From positions 64,001 through 128,000 of IMG/VR virus record IMGVR_UViG_3300049491_000383: a DNA stretch of 64,000 nucleotides, one strand, 5' to 3'. Both the position numbers and the translations under genes were made by a program. Shown piece by piece: positions 59,809-64,000 of the stretch (positions are counted from its first letter, which is position 1; every line of letters begins with the position of its first letter). The DNA is from a virus. The notes beneath the pieces were generated by a model. The model was not told where the DNA came from and did not search any database. It saw only the letters and a list, made by a program, of their open reading frames with translations.

Positions 59809-59873
59809 TCAGAGTGCGCTTTCTTTTCAAGATAATGGTTTGAAATTGTTTTAGGTTTGCGGTAAACACTCTT
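59809..59873 (-). ncRNA. stem + NUWCMGCAA element, copy G
   Basis: AGAGUGU-UUACCGCAA...UUUCAA-9 nt-UUGAAA...GCACUCU-G. Confidence 0.7.
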
Positions 59874-59880
59874 TAGAAAG

Positions 59881-59964
59881 TGGTGGGGCGTCCAGGTAAC
59901 GATCCTGGCGGGCCGAAGCAACGGATTTACAGTCCGCTCCATCTCCTTAGTGGTCTACCACCCC
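59881..59964 (-). tRNA. tRNA-Tyr(GUA)
   Basis: Loop CUGUAAA, variable arm, CCA. Confidence 0.88.
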
Positions 59965-60500
59965 GTATTGGTCAGCAGAACGTTGCCAGCGTGGAGAAAC
60001 ATTGTCTATGAGAACAAGCGGTTCTACTCCAATATCTATACACCATCTGCTTCAGCTATTGCTGCCATCAGGCATAATGCAAGAACTCTTCGCTTTTGGT
60101 TTGTTGGTTCCTTCGGTGAACCAAACGTTCCTCTATACAATGTATTATTGTATTTTTCATTTTGAAACAAGTAACACATCGCCATAGCTTCCGGAATGTT
60201 GTAGTTGAAGAATTCCATTGACATGGGCTTCTTATATTTCACCATGTAGATAGCTGTGCAACAAAACAAAGCCTTTCCAGACTCCACTAGCTTTGCTGCT
60301 TCAAGGTATAGTGTACTTGTCTTCATTTATCAATCTCAATGTCTTCGCCACGAAGTTTTGCAACTGTCGCAGCTTCTTTACACTTCTTTGATTTACAAAA
60401 GTAAGTCCTTCCTATGCCCTTGCGATCATTTGGCTGCAAGGAAAACATATACTTTCTGCAATTATCACAGTGAACATCAATTGTTCTGCTTGTCATATTA

Positions 60501-60576
60501 TGGTAGGCCCTGACAGCATCGAACTGTCATCACTCCGCTTAAAAGGCGGGTCTCTAGCCATTTGAGTTAAGGACCC
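60501..60576 (-). tRNA. tRNA-Lys(UUU)
   Basis: Loop CUUUUAA, CCA. Confidence 0.85.
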
Positions 60577-60585
60577 ATTGTATTG

Positions 60586-60660
60586 TGGTAGGACCGGGGA
60601 ATTTCGAAATCCCGACCAACGGATTAAAAGTCCGCTGCTCTTCCTCTGAGCTACGATCCC
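60586..60660 (-). tRNA. tRNA-Lys(UUU), second copy
   Basis: Loop CUUUUAA, CCA. Confidence 0.88.
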
Positions 60661-60974
60661 TCAGATTATTTCGATGGTTTAGTTAGGACTTCGTGTCCAT
60701 CTCCTTGTTGTCCCGGTGTTGCCATTGTAGTTCCTTGTGACGCGATGCGCCTGTTAAGTAATTCTCTTAAATCTTTCATGTTGCCTGCCTGTGCTCCGGT
60801 CATCCAATGATTAAGACTGGGTGAAAGATAATATGCAAGCTTTCTATATAGGTCGCTATCGCCTTCTGTCTCCTCAACATGCTTCTGAAGAAGCAATGCA
60901 TTAGACAGGGCAATACTGAGACTGTTCTCAATGTGATCGATATAATTCTTCACAACGTCCATTGTAATCCTTAG

Positions 60975-61063
60975 TGGCGGATGATAGAGGATTTGAACCT
61001 CTGGACCGTTTATAGGTCGACGGTTTAGCAAACCGTTGCAATAAGCCTCTCTGCCAATCATCC
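60975..61063 (-). tRNA. tRNA-Ser(GCU)
   Basis: Loop UUGCUAA, long variable arm, CCA. Confidence 0.9.
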
Positions 61064-61214
61064 AAATTTTAAATCCTTGTAGGGAGTCGAACCCTGAGAG
61101 TATCAGTCTCTAGACCTTAGCCGTGTACCTACTAGATTTCGGGTTGCCTTTCTCTGATACATACTCGGCATGCGGTCCTACTTCTCGTTCGGCGATCTAA
61201 CAAGGACAAGTCTA

Positions 61215-61457
61215 TTATAGAGTCGTTGCTTTCTCAGAAGCAATCGACTCCAGATGCTTGCGAATGTAACGCATGAATAGCATCGCTTTATCTTCTCTTA
61301 GAAATACACCGTCTCCCACATCCTCAATAGGAACAGGGAACTCAAAACCATCAACTTCTTTGTCAAATGCCTCAACGCGGTAGAATAATTCTCCCTTGCG
61401 GTACATTACAAATTGAACACGGTTACCAGAGGCAACGTATGATTTTAAAGTTGGCAT
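61215..61457 (-). CDS. conserved small phage protein
   Basis: FEFPVPIEDVGDGVFLREDKAMLFMRYIRK. Confidence 0.65.
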   Translation of the reverse strand: MPTLKSYVASGNRVQFVMYRKGELFYRVEAFDKEVDGFEFPVPIEDVGDGVFLREDKAMLFMRYIRKHLESIASEKATTL

Positions 61458-61579
61458 ATCTTTCCTTTATTATTGAATTCACAGCGCCAGGAATCGAACC
61501 TAGAGTACCAATATGAACGGAATCGAACCGTCTCTTCGGGCTGCGCGCGGTTCCCGGGCACCAAGCCTCACTGTGAAAC

Positions 61580-61656
61580 TGGCAAGGGATCTCGGACTCG
61601 AACCGAGGCTTTCATGGCTCAGAACCACGCTACTCTTCCCGTTAAGCTACTCCCCA
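61580..61656 (-). tRNA. tRNA-Gln(CUG)
   Basis: Loop UUCUGAG, CCA. Confidence 0.8.
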
Positions 61657-61741
61657 ATTGTCTTTGGTGCCCCCGGGCTTACACCTACTACCTCATGTGG
61701 CCTACATGAGCGTTCTTCCATTCCAGGATGAGAGCATTATT

Positions 61742-61817
61742 TGGCATGCCTACGGGGAATCGAACCCCGCTTTACACCGTGAAAGGGTGTCGTCCTAAAC
61801 CGATAGACGATAGGCAC
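61742..61817 (-). tRNA. tRNA-Glu(UUC)
   Basis: Loop CUUUCAC, CCA. Confidence 0.9.
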
Positions 61818-61823
61818 AATGTA

Positions 61824-61895
61824 TGGCAAGGGCGATGAGAATCGAACTCATTCCAACCAGGTTCAAAGCCTAGTGTCTCTCCAAGAGTCGCCCCA
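61824..61895 (-). tRNA. tRNA-Gln(UUG), minimal D arm
   Basis: Loop CUUUGAA, CCA. Confidence 0.7.
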
Positions 61896-61901
61896 ATTGT
61901 A

Positions 61902-61978
61902 TGGCATCCCCATTGGGATTCGAACCCAACTTTCCACCTTGAGAGGGTAGCGTCCTGAAACCACTAGACGATGGAGAT
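61902..61978 (-). tRNA. tRNA-Glu(CUC)
   Basis: Loop CUCUCAA, CCA. Confidence 0.88.
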
Positions 61979-61989
61979 ATAAATATATC

Positions 61990-62439
61990 GTGTTAAAACA
62001 AATAGATACAGATCCATTCATTGAATATCCAGAACTGCTCGACATCTGGCCACATAGGCGAGTCGAAATACTCCGTGATGTACAGGATTGTTTGGAACAT
62101 CCAGAACTTGAGCGAATGTTTCTAATAATTTACAACAACAAACCGGTAGGTATCACAGGTTATTACCAATATGATAACCAAGTCGGTCTAAACTGGCACG
62201 GTATTCTTAAAGAATACAGCGGGTATGGATACGGACTAGCAGCACTTAAGGAATTACTTCCTCTTGCCATTGCCCATTATCCCAATGCTACATATCTAAT
62301 TGAAGAATTACCTGCAATCTCTGAAAAAGAACTTAGTAGTTTCTTTCTAAAGGCCGGCTTTATGAAAACAAACATACTTGTTGATAAACCGTGGATCACA
62401 GACGATACCGATTGGATCGAATATCGTCTAAAACTCTAA
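61990..62439 (+). CDS. GNAT acetyltransferase
   Basis: KPVGITG, GILKEYSGYGYG, FFLKAGF; TATAAATA upstream. Confidence 0.75.
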   Translation: MLKQIDTDPFIEYPELLDIWPHRRVEILRDVQDCLEHPELERMFLIIYNNKPVGITGYYQYDNQVGLNWHGILKEYSGYGYGLAALKELLPLAIAHYPNATYLIEELPAISEKELSSFFLKAGFMKTNILVDKPWITDDTDWIEYRLKL

Positions 62440-62629
62440 TCCCAACCAAGCGTTACCTCTGTAACATACAGATGGCACATGACGCTCTTATAATTCAGCC
62501 TAATTAGGAGGTTGGCACCATTTTTATAAGTGATGACTCCACGATTATATCGTTTATGTATGGCCATCCACGTGGGGACCCGTACCTTGTCACCTACTTG
62601 AAATATGTGCCGTGCCATTGTTATCCTTA

Positions 62630-62700
62630 TGGACCCACCGGAGGGATTCGAACCCCCTACATGACGTTCGTAGCGTCTTGGCTATTCCAATAGCGGTGAG
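62630..62700 (-). tRNA. tRNA-Arg(ACG), short/atypical
   Basis: Loop CUACGAA, 71 nt, CCA. Confidence 0.65.
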
Positions 62701-62972
62701 ATTAATAATATTTATCAAATACAGTCAGTTGACGTCTTTGCTTACTATAGTATTCTCTCTCAAGTCTGTCAACATCGGCTGCGTCTTGCGGATGGCCGGC
62801 TGTGATGTAAGCTTCCAGGTTGTGATGGTAGCTAGGCTCTGCGAAAATTTCTTTGATGTAAGCGATAAAGTTTGAAAACATAATGTGCTCCTTAGTATTG
62901 ATAACTATTTACCAATATTTGCTGCATTGCAGCATTTATATCAGTATAAACACTAAGAACCACAAAAGTCAA

Positions 62973-63048
62973 TGGTCGCGTATGGTGGATTCGAACCACC
63001 GTATTCATTCTTATGAGGAATGCGCTCTAGCCTCTCTGCCAATACGCG
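62973..63048 (-). tRNA. tRNA(CAU) Met or Ile2
   Basis: Loop CUCAUAA, CCA. Confidence 0.85.
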
Positions 63049-63057
63049 ATAAAATAA

Positions 63058-63116
63058 TCAGGATACCTTTTTGCTTTTTTACAGAAAAGTTGATTTGGGT
63101 TGCGGAATGTATCCTT
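63058..63116 (-). ncRNA. stem + NUWCMGCAA element, copy F (Tyr-GUA-like loop)
   Basis: AGGAUAC-AUUCCGCAA...UUUU-CUGUAAA-AAAG...GUAUCCU-G. Confidence 0.72.
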
Positions 63117-63178
63117 TAGAAACAGTGACCGGCTTTATCATTATATCAGATAGTGATTATAAAGCTCTCGGCCGAAAA

Positions 63179-63273
63179 TGGCGGATGGTGATGGATTTGA
63201 ACCACAACCCTTTGGAAAGGGTCAAATATGATTCCAGTGATTTGCGTGCTTGCCTATCGCACTTCAACCATCC
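63179..63273 (-). tRNA. Ser-type class II tRNA with enlarged anticodon loop
   Basis: GGAUGGU/ACCAUCC-G-CCA, variable arm, CAAAU-12 nt-AUUUG. Confidence 0.6.
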
Positions 63274-63276
63274 AGA

Positions 63277-63768
63277 TTAAAGACTATTACTTACGAAATA
63301 ATCCCTTATGGTATTGTAGGTATGGGGCAATTTAAACCCTAACCCAAGAACATACCGTGTTTCACCTAAATTTAATACTGAATGAGTAGATTGAGTATTT
63401 AGCAGATACATTCCGCCGGGCTCATATACCAATTCTTCTATATTTTTCTTATTACTATGCTCTGCGTCTTCTCCATACACCGTATGTGAGTGACCAGACC
63501 ATATTTCAATGTTTAGTGCTGCTGTTCTATCTGCATCCACATGCCATTTATACCAATAATTAGCAGGTGTACGGAAAATGTTTGATTTTACACCAAACTC
63601 TTTCATTATTTTGTCTACAACAGGATCAATTATAACACCCTGCGATATGTTAAGTACATCAAAACCATAACCAATGTTGTTCCAGGTATGATCTTTTGAG
63701 AAAATGTATTCCCTAACTTCGTTTAAAGATTGAAACTGTGAGTTGAGCTTGATGAAATTGTTATTCAT
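63277..63768 (-). CDS. 2OG-Fe(II) oxygenase-like protein
   Basis: WHVD..R..ALN, LLNTQSTHSVLN...RYVL. Confidence 0.7.
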   Translation of the reverse strand: MNNNFIKLNSQFQSLNEVREYIFSKDHTWNNIGYGFDVLNISQGVIIDPVVDKIMKEFGVKSNIFRTPANYWYKWHVDADRTAALNIEIWSGHSHTVYGEDAEHSNKKNIEELVYEPGGMYLLNTQSTHSVLNLGETRYVLGLGFKLPHTYNTIRDYFVSNSL

Positions 63769-64000
63769 ATCTAACATACTTACTAAAAATTTCTAAACTC
63801 TCTGTAAGCGTTACCCAATTGTTATTCTTCTTAAAGAAAACACTTACACTCCATCGTTTCTCGTTGCTTGTGTTAAACACTGCATGTGGAGTACCGGCAT
63901 CTATCAGGCACCATCCAGATAATGCTTGTTCTTCTAGCTGAACACTATCTGCGAAATCAAAAGGTACATACACGGTACCGATAGCCGAATTCTTTGACAC
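63761..64000 (-). CDS. 2OG-Fe(II) oxygenase-like protein, C-terminal part
   Basis: LIDAGTPHAVFN...RWSVSV; starts outside the window. Confidence 0.6.
   Translation of the reverse strand: MSKNSAIGTVYVPFDFADSVQLEEQALSGWCLIDAGTPHAVFNTSNEKRWSVSVFFKKNNNWVTLTESLEIFSKYVRYE

Noticed and set aside
1-64000. Genome-wide stop-codon reassignment
   Set aside because: Long genes translate intact in code 11, and TGA and TAG end many ORFs; only the RF gene shows an internal stop

Overview
A 64-kb segment of a large T4-like (jumbo) myovirus genome, mostly transcribed on the minus strand. Phage markers include a neck protein, rIIA/rIIB, DenV, spanins, a T-holin-like protein, free-standing HNH endonucleases and many (G)ATAAATA late-promoter boxes. 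The window is the tRNA and translation-accessory region: about 40 tRNA genes (several non-canonical, one amber suppressor), a two-piece tmRNA, an RNase P RNA, an RNA ligase, two Pth2-like proteins, and an RF1-like release factor split by an in-frame UGA. The most striking observation is a DUF2828/vWA (Ro60/TROVE-like) gene plus seven dispersed copies of an RNA element with a covarying 7-bp stem and a fixed NUWCMGCAA motif. One copy carries a circularly permuted tRNA module (YrlA-like), and three short copies present canonical Thr, Lys and Tyr anticodon loops. A second notable unit is a ~10-kb late-expressed cluster encoding an acyl carrier protein, two desaturases, GNAT-like, Asn-synthase-like, 2OG-Fe(II) and radical SAM enzymes. 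All calls come from reading the sequence by eye. No database searches were run, and RNA boundaries are approximate.
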